Positions 13,249-23,872 of a stretch of 64,000 nucleotides of DNA are shown one piece after another. Position numbers and translations under genes: made by a program. The notes under the pieces were generated by a model. It searched no databases and was not told where the DNA came from. It worked only from the letters and a program-made list of their open reading frames with translations. This DNA is from Batkoa obscura (Eukaryota): contig JASVEC010000026.1 in assembly GCA_030770535.1 (NCBI GenBank), positions 1 through 64,000 on the forward strand. The letters are read 5' to 3'. Position 1 is the stretch's first letter; the number at the start of each line of letters is the position of its first letter.

Positions 13249-14670
13249 ATGCTCAACTTTAGCCAAGCTTCCGGCTGTGCTTTTTTAGTAATGTTGCTTT
13301 TATCATTTGTTATAACCTTTTCGCTTCATATAATTAACGCAGTAATACCAAGAGTAACAGGTGGTGGATGTATAATAGTTGAAGATGAATTATATTATTT
13401 AGGAGGTTTTGTTTCGATACCAAATATAGATGTATCTGAAATCAATAAAGAAATGTATAAATTAAATTTAAAAAAGGGATTTAAAGTGAGCGGTAATACA
13501 GTGGAATGGGAAGCGTATAGTACGAAAAATCCACCCAGAGCAGTACATGGTCCATATGTATTTTATTTTGGAAATAAAACCCTGGTAACTTTTCAAGCCG
13601 CTTCCGCAACCACACTCTCATTCGAGTATTTTGATATTGAGAAAAAGGAATGGTACAGTGAATCCACAATTGAAGGATTATATGAATTGAATGATAAACC
13701 TGATGTTTCAATAGAAACAGGCGTTGATGGATATACTCATCATTTTTATATTTTACAAGATGAGAGCAATTTGAATAGGTTATATATCTCTGGTTACTTA
13801 AATCGAGAACTACCATCGATGGGGATAAAATCATATGATATCCAATCAAAGCAAGTGAAGCTGCTTTATAGCGTAAAAAAAGACTATTATGTCCATCAGT
13901 TATTTATTAAGAATAATAAACTATATTTTTTGGAATACTCAAAAGAAGATGTGAATCATACTGGTTTTATTGATATAATACATCAATTAGATCTAACAAA
14001 CAATGAAGTAAAAAAGTATAGCGTTAAACTTAGAGATGGGTTATATATATATGTTTTGAAAACGGACCATTCGACTCATCTTGTTATACGTGATTTTAAG
14101 CCCGAACCAAATGTTTATGAAGTTCAATTTGAGCCATTAAATTTTAAAGAGTTAAATCAAACAAACAGTGTAAATTATAACGGATGTTGCCTTACTATTT
14201 ATAATAATCTTTTGATAAATTCGTTTGGTTTTAATATGTTGAGTGATAAAGACGAAAATAGACTCCAAAGTACTAATGAAATCCGAGTAATAAATACAAC
14301 TGATTGGGAACAGCTCGAAGGCTTACCCTCCTTAGAAAATGAACACAACAACAACAGCAATGTTATTCTTTTAAAAAGTAGCTATAACAGAAAAGTATTA
14401 ATAGGATGTATTGTAGCTGGAATATGCGGAGTTATTATAATAACAATAGTTGTAATATTCAAATTGTATAAACGTAAATTAAAAAAAGAAGAGCTCCCAA
14501 GTATTATCGTTGAGCCTATTATTATTGAGCCAGATGATCCATTCGATACTAAGATCACTTATTGTGATAGTGAAATTTTTACTTATTGCCAAGAAATCGA
14601 TAATGCTGATACCATGTTACCTAAAAAATTCAAATTTGATTGCAAGGAATACAAAGATATAAATAGATAA
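13249..14670 (+). CDS. Kelch/beta-propeller-like single-pass membrane protein (473 aa)
   Basis: PRVTGGGC..LYYLGG, PPRAVHG and LINSFG kelch-like motifs; N-terminal hydrophobic segment; TM IGCIVAGICGVIIITIVVIF followed by KLYKRK. Confidence 0.75.
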   Translation: MLNFSQASGCAFLVMLLLSFVITFSLHIINAVIPRVTGGGCIIVEDELYYLGGFVSIPNIDVSEINKEMYKLNLKKGFKVSGNTVEWEAYSTKNPPRAVHGPYVFYFGNKTLVTFQAASATTLSFEYFDIEKKEWYSESTIEGLYELNDKPDVSIETGVDGYTHHFYILQDESNLNRLYISGYLNRELPSMGIKSYDIQSKQVKLLYSVKKDYYVHQLFIKNNKLYFLEYSKEDVNHTGFIDIIHQLDLTNNEVKKYSVKLRDGLYIYVLKTDHSTHLVIRDFKPEPNVYEVQFEPLNFKELNQTNSVNYNGCCLTIYNNLLINSFGFNMLSDKDENRLQSTNEIRVINTTDWEQLEGLPSLENEHNNNSNVILLKSSYNRKVLIGCIVAGICGVIIITIVVIFKLYKRKLKKEELPSIIVEPIIIEPDDPFDTKITYCDSEIFTYCQEIDNADTMLPKKFKFDCKEYKDINR

Positions 14671-14880
14671 ATAAATTTTTGTGTTTAATATATCATTATT
14701 TCAATTATTAATTTATTATAGACTATACAAAATAAATATAGTTTATAATAGATTATTTTTCAATCCAAGTCGAGTATAATAAAAAAGCGACTATATATAC
14801 TATGTTTAATAATCTTGTTTATTTTAATAAAAGTTAATTGAATAAATTGAATTTTTTTTTGCGAATATTTAACAATTTTT

Positions 14881-14986
14881 ATATGAGGATGTTTTTTTGG
14901 TTTCATTACTTTTTCCATTTTTTGAGCGCTATTTGAGCGGAAAGATTGTTAATAAAATTCTTAAACAAAAAAACACATCCCCATAT
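14881..14986. mobile_element. ~105-bp MITE copy (opposite orientation)
   Basis: atatgaggatgt...acatccccatat TIRs plus family core. Confidence 0.85.
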
Positions 14987-15836
14987 AAACAATAAAGTAA
15001 GAAGGGTTAGGAAATTTGCCCAATTACCAAGAAATTCCATAACCTTGTGAGCTATTGTTGAGGGATTGGGCAAATTTTACAATCACCCGCTTAAAGATAT
15101 ATTTTCATTATTCCATGCTTTTAAAATCCAGTTTGTAATTCTAAAGTTATTTTTAAAAAACCAACATTCCAGTTTAATTCATTTGTAAAATTTAAAAGTT
15201 TATTAAGGCTTAACATTTGATTGCTATTAAGTTAGTATTAACTCAACTTATTAGCACCAAGTAGTTATAAATAGTAATTGCGCTGTAGATGCATCTTATT
15301 CTAAAAGCTCTACTTTTACAATATAATTAAATTAAATTGATTTTTAAAAAAAACATCACCTCACTTAAAATACGAAATGGCATAAGTGGGCATTTTATGA
15401 TGCAATATTAAAGTTGAAGTGTCTAACTCTGATTCGTTTAAATAATTGAAAAGAATTAATGATAAGAAATCCAAACATGACAAAAATCGCTAATAATTCT
15501 ATCACTTATTCTAAGTTAATAAATCGAACTTTTAACCATTGCAATGTCATTTTATTAATAAAAAGTGTAATGACCCCTTCTTACAAGAAAAAAAGCTGAA
15601 CCTCATGGCTATTATTTTATCGGAATAAAACCTGATTGGATTGTTCTAAAAATAACTTTGGTCCATAATTGGCTCTAAACTTCACTGGGGTAGAATAGTG
15701 TGGAGTTAAGTCCGCGATGGCCAAATGAAACATTTCCAACCAATAAGCTTTCAACCAAAAGAAGTTGTAAAATAATATAAAAAGTATGGACTAAATATAA
15801 GAATATCTTTTTTTTGAAAAAATATAAAATAGAAAC

Positions 15837-16860
15837 ATGTCGCAAACCTATAACTTACGTCAGATCGGTGCTGCTAATACTGCCGAATACCGTCTCTACT
15901 ATGGTAAGTAGTGTTATCAATTTATTTATTAATTATTCATTCTCAATTAATAGAGGAAAATGGTACTATAATCTCACCATTCCATGACATTCCGCTTTAT
16001 GCTGATGAAGCTAAAGGTATCTTCAACATGGTCGTTGAGATCCCTCGTTGGACCAATGCCAAACAAGAAGTAAGTTTAATGATTTATTAGTAAGCATTAG
16101 GTTAATATCTTTAGATTGCTACTGGCGAACCTTTCAACCCAATCAAACAGGATATTAAAAAAGGTAAACCACGTTTTGTAAGAAACTGCTTCCCACACCA
16201 TGGTTATATCTGGAACTATGGCTGTATTCCACAAGTAAGTTTAAACCTCTTTTAATTGGCTATAATTTATTTATATTCTAGACTTGGGAAGACCCTAACT
16301 TTAGCCACCCAGACACCAAAGCACGTGGTGATAATGATCCAATTGATGTGTGTGAAATTGGAGAACAAGTCGCCTACCCAGGTCAAATCAAACAAGTTAA
16401 AATTTTAGGTACACTTGCTTTGTTAGATGAAGGAGAAACAGATTGGAAAGTTATTGTAATTGATATCAATGATCCATTGGCTTCAAGGCTCAATGACATT
16501 GAAGATGTTGAACGTCACCTTCCAGGTCTTTTAAGAGCCACTGTTGAATGGTTCCGTATCTACAAAATCCCAGACGGTAAACCAGAAAATCAATTTGCTT
16601 TCTCAGGAGAAGCCAAAAATAAGAAATACGCTACTGAAATCGTACTTGAAACCCACCACCATTGGAAGAACTTAGTTAATGGTACTACACCTGCTAAATC
16701 AGCTTCTTATGACCTGTCAATTGTTAATTCAACTTTGGAGAATAAAGTCACTAAAGACGATGCTGTTTATCAAAGCGTACCACAAGAAAATGTTAAACCT
16801 GCTGCACCTATCGATTCTTCCGTTGATAAATGGTTTTTTATCTCCGGCTCTTCAGTCTAA
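15837..16860 (+). CDS. IPP1: Family I inorganic pyrophosphatase; exons 15837-15903, 15954-16069, 16115-16234, 16282-16860
   Basis: The spliced frame gives [42 protein letters not shown] and LDEGETDWK; all introns are GT-AG. Confidence 0.95.
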
Positions 16861-17415
16861 TCGAATTTAAAATATAATTATAAAGAAATATAAAAAATTT
16901 AAAAATGATTTACTAAGTTTAACATGCGAAAGTTTTATTGTAATAAAGTTAATTTGTATTTAAACCATTAATGATAATATAATAAGATTAGTTGATAAAT
17001 TGTTTAGTTTAGACTTTAAAATGACTATTAATATTTATAAAGTCAATTAACAAAGAAATTATATATTACGTTAGAATTTAATGCCTCCGATCGAAGAAAT
17101 ATTTTATCCCTTGGGAACTATATAAAGGGTGATCTTATTATCAAAATAAACATTAATCAAACATTTGAATTGACTTTATCAAATATTCTTCTTACACTCT
17201 CAAGCTAAATTAATCCCATTATTGACTATAATATTTAGCAATTAGTTGTGAGTCTTTGAATTTTATCCATCATCACCCAATCATAGTTGACTAAAAAAAG
17301 TATTTAAGCATTTGAAGATAAAAGCGAAACTTTAAATTCCAAAGTAAGAAAAAAACATGACAAAGAGTTCTATTTATTAATTAATTTTGAAGTGTTTAAA
17401 CAAACAATAAGAAAG

Positions 17416-18445
17416 ATGAGTAGCTATCAACTTCGTCAGGTAGGCTCAAAATATTCTAAGGATTTTAAGTTATATTTAGGTAATAAAAATTTATTGATTT
17501 CAACAATATGAATAAGTACAATTAAATATTTGAATAATAGAAAAAGACAGCAAACCCATTTCTTTTTTCCATGACATACCAATGAGACCAAATAAAGGAG
17601 ATGATTATGTATTCAATATGGTTGTAGAAATCCCTAGATTTTCAAATGCAAAAGCAGAGGTAATTATAAGTTACAACTTCAAATAGAATTTTTATTAATA
17701 AGGTTGAAAGATTGCCACTAAGAATGAGTTGAACCCAATAAAGTACGATGTAAAAAAAGACAAAGTACGCTTCGTAAAAAACCAATTCCCTTATAAAGGA
17801 TACCTTTGGAACTACGGTGCTATTCCTCAAGTAAGCTTAATATAACAATACATAAAATAATATTCTTAATTTCAATAGACTTGGGAAGACCCAGAATATA
17901 TCAACCCAGACACCAAATGCAAAGGAGATAATGACCCAGTAGATGTATGTGAAATAGGAACTCGAGTATCTAGTATAGGCGAAATTAAACAAGTAAAGTT
18001 GATCGGTACTTTAGCCATGTTAGACGAAGGGGAAACAGACTGGAAGATGTTATGTATTGATGTTAACGATCCAAAAGCCAACTTAATTAACGACATTGAA
18101 GATGTTGAAACCCAATTTCCAGGCTTATTAAATTCTACTTTAGACTGGTTTAAATATTACAAAGTACCAGATGGTAAATCTAAGAATAAGTTTGCTTTTA
18201 ATGAAAAGTTTTTGAATAAAAAGTACGCCTTAAATGTTATCAATGAAACTCATCAGCACTGGTTAAACTTAATCAAAAGTAAAACCCCATATGACCACCT
18301 TCATACCAGAAACTCTACCTTACATGATACACCTCATTATAAAGAAGATAATTCTGATATACCAAATCAAGATGTAAAACCTGATCATCCTACTCCAAAA
18401 GATGTTGATGACTGGTACTTTATTAATAAGAATTCGAAATTATAA
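17416..18445 (+). CDS. Second inorganic pyrophosphatase (tandem paralog); exons 17416-17479, 17541-17659, 17711-17830, 17879-18445
   Basis: [50 protein letters not shown]; same three intron positions as the upstream copy. Confidence 0.92.
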
Positions 18446-18517
18446 ATAAAGATTTAAAGGCTTTTAATAAAGCAATGAAATTAGATTTAACATGCACTTT
18501 ATTTCAATAAAAAATAA

Positions 18518-18775
18518 TTATTTAGCTGGTGGGTTATGCTTTGAATGTGAGTCATCCATTTTACCTTTGTAAAAAGAATACTAATAAAAATTAATAACTA
18601 ATAAAACATCGTTGAAATAAATCATTACCAAAAGCATCATACCAACAGTAAGTCCCGAGCCCATGGCCATGGACTTCATGTCATACTTTCCAAAATTATC
18701 GGTAGTAGAAGTGTAGCCTCTTTTAAATAATTTTAAATTAAATGTTTTAAACCCATTATTCGATAGGAAACTCAT
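18518..18775 (-). CDS. 69-aa putative mitochondrial single-TM microprotein; exons 18775-18629 and 18580-18518
   Basis: A 48-nt GT-AG intron (18581-18628) joins ...GLTVGMMLL to YSFYKGKMDDSHSKHNPPAK*. The N-terminus is basic and acid-free up to KRGY. Confidence 0.6.
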
Positions 18776-19202
18776 TTTTCGAAATATCTCTTCTTTAAGT
18801 CACTCTCCTTATTTTTATAGTTTTTAGAGCTGCCCAGGATGATATCAACTTGAGTTCAATCTTAAGTCACGCAAAGCTCATAGTCAAATGCTGATTTTAT
18901 TTTATCGAGATCATTATTTACATTATTAATCATTAGCTTATAATAAATATATTAGACTTTAATAATGAAACAAAACTCCAACTTATAAACATTTATATAT
19001 TTTTTGAGTAATTTAATATTCCAACCTAAAAACTCACGGCATTCGGACGAACCAATAAAAACTCATAAAATCTAAAAATTATACCTATTAATAGGCTATT
19101 TTCTAAAGCGCTAAAGCATCAACGTCATCTAAATACTGCTTACAAACTATAACTAAGTAATTCGCTCAAACTTGGTTTTTATCTTATACTTATCAAATCA
19201 AC

Positions 19203-20170
19203 ATGTATGCCTCACGTTCCGAATATGATCGAGGAGTGAATACCTTCTCCCCAGAAGGACGTTTATTTCAAGTTGAATATGCCTTAGAAGCCATTAAAGT
19301 AAGTTACTTATTCAGTAGAAAAATATTTGTTAAACAATTGTAATTTTTTACTAGCTTGGCTCTACAGCCGTTGGTCTTGAAACTTCTGAAGGCGTAGTTT
19401 TAGTAGTTGAAAAAAGAATTACTTCAAAATTGTTAGAACCCAGTTCAGTAGAAAAGATTTTAGAGATTGATGAGCACATTGCTACCACTTTCTCAGGATT
19501 AACTGCAGATTCTAGAACCATTATCAATCATGCTAGAGTTGAGGCACAAGTAAATAATTTTATAGTTTTATTAAGTTGATACTAATTGGAGGCTTAGAAC
19601 CATACTTTTACTTATAACGAAAAGATTAAGGTTGAATCAGTGACTCAGGCAATTTCAGATTTAGCGTTGAGGTTTGGAGAAATTGAAGATTCTGCGGCTA
19701 TTATGGTAAGATGGTTTTAGAAATATAATGATATGTTTTAATCTTTATCAGTCACGTCCCTTTGGTGTTGCTACTTTAATAGCTGGTGTAGATGAAGTTG
19801 GACCTCAATTGTAAGAAAATTTAATCTTTTTAAAACATAACTAATGGGTTAGATATTATTGTGATCCTTCTGGTACATTTTCAAGATATTCAGCCAAAGC
19901 AATTGGGTCTGGATCTGAAGGTGCACAAAGTGAATTGAAGGAATTATATAATAGTGTAAGCTAATTTAAGTAATGATTAAATATAGATAATAATGATCAA
20001 AATAGAATTTAAGCTTAGAAGAAGCAGGTATTATGGCTCTCAAAGTAGTTAAACAAGTGATGGAAGAAACACTTACGATTAAAAATGTACAAGCAGCTGT
20101 TGTTACTAAGGAAAAGGGATTCCATATCCTTGATACTCAAGAGTTGCAAAACTGGCTCGCTCATTTATAA
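19203..20170 (+). CDS. PUP2: 20S proteasome subunit alpha-5; introns 19299-19354, 19550-19597, 19706-19751, 19811-19852, 19956-20005
   Basis: [60 protein letters not shown]. Missed by the ORF track because the exons are short. Confidence 0.95.
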
Positions 20171-20430
20171 ATAATGGATTAAAGTACCATTTTTTTTGTT
20201 TTTTCAAGGTATTTTTTGTTGTTTTCTTAATATTTTCTACCATTGTTTTATAAAGTTGTTGATTTAATTCAAATTTAATTTATCGTGATTCAAATGATTT
20301 ATCAAGTAATTAAACTGATAAATAAATATCTACAAAATAGTATAAAAGTAATTGAAATCCTTTGAAAAACTTTATCAAGCATTTAACTGTTTATTGACTA
20401 AACAATTATTCAATTCTTAAAATTACAAAA

Positions 20431-20973
20431 ATGATTTTCAACACCTTAGTTTCCTTATCCCTTTTAGCTTCCGTCTTTGCTGTTTCTCCTCAGCCCCCTA
20501 CCCAAGCTCAATCTGGTATTCATCGTAGAGCTATGCCCATTAATCCTCAACTTGCTCAATCTAGTATCCATCGTAGAGCTTCACCAGCTTCACCAGCTTC
20601 ACCAGCTTATCCACAAATGGCTCAATCTGGTATCCATCGTAGAGCTGTACCAGCTTATCCTCAATCTGCCCAATCTGGTATCCATCGTCGTTGTGGTGAT
20701 TTTGGAGGATGTGGAGGATGGGGCGGATGTGGTGGATGTGGTGGATGTGGAGGATGGGGTGGTTGTGGTGGATGTGGTGGATGTGGTGGATGTGGTGGAT
20801 GTGGTTTTTTCCCATTCGTTGCACAAAACTTCAATGCAGTTGATGCTAATAATTGCTGTGTCAATGATTTTTGCCAAAATACTGAAGCAGCTGTATTTTG
20901 CGATAATGTTAATTGCTTCGATCAAAATTGTTGCAACTTTAATGCAGTCAATGAAAATCTCATTATTGCTTAA
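20431..20973 (+). CDS. Secreted Kex2-repeat/Cys-Gly-rich precursor, copy 1 (180 aa)
   Basis: Signal peptide, four repeats ending AQS[G/S]IHRR, (CGG/WGG)n tract, Asn/Cys C-terminal domain; TATA upstream and AATAAA downstream. Confidence 0.88.
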   Translation: MIFNTLVSLSLLASVFAVSPQPPTQAQSGIHRRAMPINPQLAQSSIHRRASPASPASPAYPQMAQSGIHRRAVPAYPQSAQSGIHRRCGDFGGCGGWGGCGGCGGCGGWGGCGGCGGCGGCGGCGFFPFVAQNFNAVDANNCCVNDFCQNTEAAVFCDNVNCFDQNCCNFNAVNENLIIA

Positions 20974-21407
20974 AGCAATCAATATCTAATTGTTTTTGAT
21001 GTAACTTAATTGATTTAAGTCTCATTTTTATTCAATAAAATAGGTTTGATAGTATTTTTAGATTTTAAAGATTTTTTGTTTTTTTATTTATAATATCATT
21101 CTTAAATCAAAATGAAATTAGACTATCTATAGGGGTAAAATTCATACTAAAAAAACTAAGTTAGCGTAAGCATATTAAAAACCAGAGCTTTTTATTATCA
21201 TACGATATTTATTTACAACACTTTCTATCTATATTTATGAATTATCGCCATATCGTTATACAGGCAACTTTATAAAATTGACTATCTTTCAAAGGTTTAT
21301 TAATGTCTTTAAACTAGTTTATTATATTCAGTAGCTTTTATTGTTATCTTATGCTATTTTTTACATAAAATAAAATAGAGAATATCGCTATATAAATATC
21401 ATTTAAT

Positions 21408-21510
21408 ATATGAAGGTGTTTTTTGGTTTCATCACTTTTTCCATTTTTTAAGCGCTATTTAAGTGGAAAAATTGTTAGTAAAATTCTTAAATAAAAATAC
21501 ATTCTCATAT
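21408..21510. mobile_element. ~105-bp MITE copy
   Basis: atatgaaggtgt...acattctcatat plus family core. Confidence 0.8.
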
Positions 21511-22168
21511 TCATTATTGAATTGTAAACAATTTATAAACAATTTCAAAATATTTACTCAATTCTAAAACGTTTAGTTACAATTATCCTTATTTAAAATT
21601 TCAAAGCTAATATAGTAAACACTATATGGAAGATTTTATAAGAATTGTCTCTTGTATGGTAACACCCTATTTATTAAAGCTTTGGATAATTCCATATAAA
21701 GCTTAGTAACTCCTGAAAGACATTATGATATATTAAAGCATATCAAGTCTCAAAAAACCATAACTAAAAAGGCACTTAATTATCGTTTTGATTTAGTGGC
21801 CCTCCTTTATCCTGACCTCCGATATTAAATCTATCTATATTTAGATGTGCTTAAACAACTCATATGAGTTTTAAAGTTGATATATCTATCTATAAATAAT
21901 AGAAGAAAATAAGACTCTTTAAACTAATATTATTGTGTTCCTTTATTAATCACTAAAATTAATCAAAATAGTGATACTGAAGATAAATTAAATAAAATTC
22001 TAGTGATTGATCTATTCAAAAAGCAATTAAACTGATAACTATTGATCCTAATGATAAATTAAACTTTTGAGTGAATATAAAAAGCAATTCAAATTCATTC
22101 AAAAAACAATATCAAATATTTGACTGTTTATTGACTAAACATTTATCCAATACTTTTAAACTATAAAA

Positions 22169-22744
22169 ATGATTTTCAACACTTTAGTTTCCTTATCTCT
22201 TTTAGCTACTGCTTTTGCTGCTCCACCTCAACGTCCTTCTCAAGCTCAATCTGGTATCCATCGTAGAGCTTCACCAGCTTCACCAGCTTCACCAGCTTAT
22301 CCACAAATGGCTCAATCTGGTATCCATCGTAGAGCTGTACCAGCTTATCCTCAATCTGCCCAATCTGGTATCCATCGTCGTTGTGGTGGATGGGGAGGAT
22401 GTGGTGGATGCGATGGATGTGGTGGATGTGGTGGATGTGGTGGATGTGGTGGATGTGGTGATTTTGGAGGATGTGGTGGATGGGGTGGTTGTGGCGATTT
22501 TGGAGGATGTGGTGGATGGGGTGGTTGTGGTGGATGGGGAGGATGTGGTGGATGTGGTGGATGTGGTGGATGTGGTTTTTTCCCATTCGTTGCACAAAAC
22601 TTCAATGCAGTTGATGCTAATAATTGCTGTGTTAGTGATTTCAACCGTAACACTGAAGCAGCTGTATTTTGCGATAACATCTGTGACTTTAATGCTGCAT
22701 CTAATTGCTGTAGTGAAGTCAATGACAACCTCATTATTGCTTAG
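22169..22744 (+). CDS. Secreted Kex2-repeat/Cys-Gly-rich precursor, copy 2 (191 aa)
   Basis: Three AQSGIHRR repeats, the longest CGG tract, Asn/Cys C-terminal domain. Confidence 0.88.
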   Translation: MIFNTLVSLSLLATAFAAPPQRPSQAQSGIHRRASPASPASPAYPQMAQSGIHRRAVPAYPQSAQSGIHRRCGGWGGCGGCDGCGGCGGCGGCGGCGDFGGCGGWGGCGDFGGCGGWGGCGGWGGCGGCGGCGGCGFFPFVAQNFNAVDANNCCVSDFNRNTEAAVFCDNICDFNAASNCCSEVNDNLIIA

Positions 22745-22994
22745 GATATATAAGCGCTTAAATTGTTTTTAGTATAGCTTAATTGACTTAGGTTATATTT
22801 TTATTCAATAAAATAAGTTTGACAGTAGTTTTTGCTTTTAAGGTATATTTGACATGTTTCTTTAATATTTACGATTATTTTAAAAAGACTTTGACACAAA
22901 AGATAAATGACTAAAATTTATTACAATTTGATTTATCTAATGTGTAATATAGATGATAAATAGTGATCTCAAAAACAAAAACAGCCTTTCAAAG

Positions 22995-23135
22995 GAGTAT
23001 AAAAACAACCAAAATCCTTTCAAAGTTATTATCAAATATTTGACTGTTTATTGACTAAACAACTATTTAATACTTTTAAGCTATAAAATTAATTTCCAAT
23101 ACTTTAATTTCTTAATTTCTCCTAACAGCTACTTT
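22995..23135 (+). pseudogene. Relic of the Cys-Gly precursor family: promoter/leader and decayed first codons
   Basis: TATA, then atcaaatatttgactgtttattgactaaaca...ctataaaa, then a start-less aatttccaatactttaatttc...gctact matching ATGATTTTCAACACTTTAGTTTCC...GCTACT. Confidence 0.7.
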
Positions 23136-23384
23136 TTATTAAAATAAAAACAAAATCCAAACTTTTACAACTAAACTTTGAAATGAAGTTTTTAAAAATT
23201 TTAATACAATAAGGAGAAACACACTATATAAACATTGTAATTCATTTACATTAAGTTTGACAACTATTTATAATAATCCAGAGTTTATGGAATTTTATAA
23301 TAAAATAAAAAAAACAAAATTATTAAAGTTTATTATTGATGATAATAAACTTAATCAGTCAATGTATAAAATTAGCGCTTTAAA

Positions 23385-23412
23385 GGAAACAGGAAACAGG
23401 AAACAGGAAACA
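23385..23412 (+). repeat. (GGAAACA)x4 tandem repeat
   Basis: Four perfect 7-mers read directly. Confidence 0.85.
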
Positions 23413-23765
23413 AAAACTAACAAGTAGCATTGTTATCAACTATAGCTTCAGTATATTTTTTTGATGAATAAAAAAGTTTAAATTTAATATAAGTAAAAAT
23501 TGATATAATTATTTAAAAACAATTAATAATAATAAAATATGAACGTTACAACCTATTATTAAAAATACAAAAAAAATCAAAGATGAGCAAATTAAAATTA
23601 TTATATAAATTTTATTTAATAATTCAATTATCCTATTAAGATTTAATAATAATAAATATTTATCAGATAATGTATATATATTAAACAAAAGTAAAAAAAT
23701 AGTATATAATAGATCTTTTAATTATTTAAAAAATAAAGCAATAGCTAAGTCAATATTTTTTAAAT

Positions 23766-23872
23766 ATATGGGAGTGTTTTTTTTGGTTTCATCACTTTTT
23801 CTATCTTTTAAGCGCTGTTTGAGTGGAAAAATTGTTTGTAAAATTCTTAAACATAAAAATACATCCCTATAT
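23766..23872. mobile_element. ~105-bp MITE copy
   Basis: atatgggagtgt...acatccctatat plus family core. Confidence 0.82.

Noticed and set aside
20691..20805. CGG tract or AQSGIHRR units as a CRISPR-like array
   Set aside because: In-frame coding repeats in a eukaryotic gene; no unique spacers and no cas genes.
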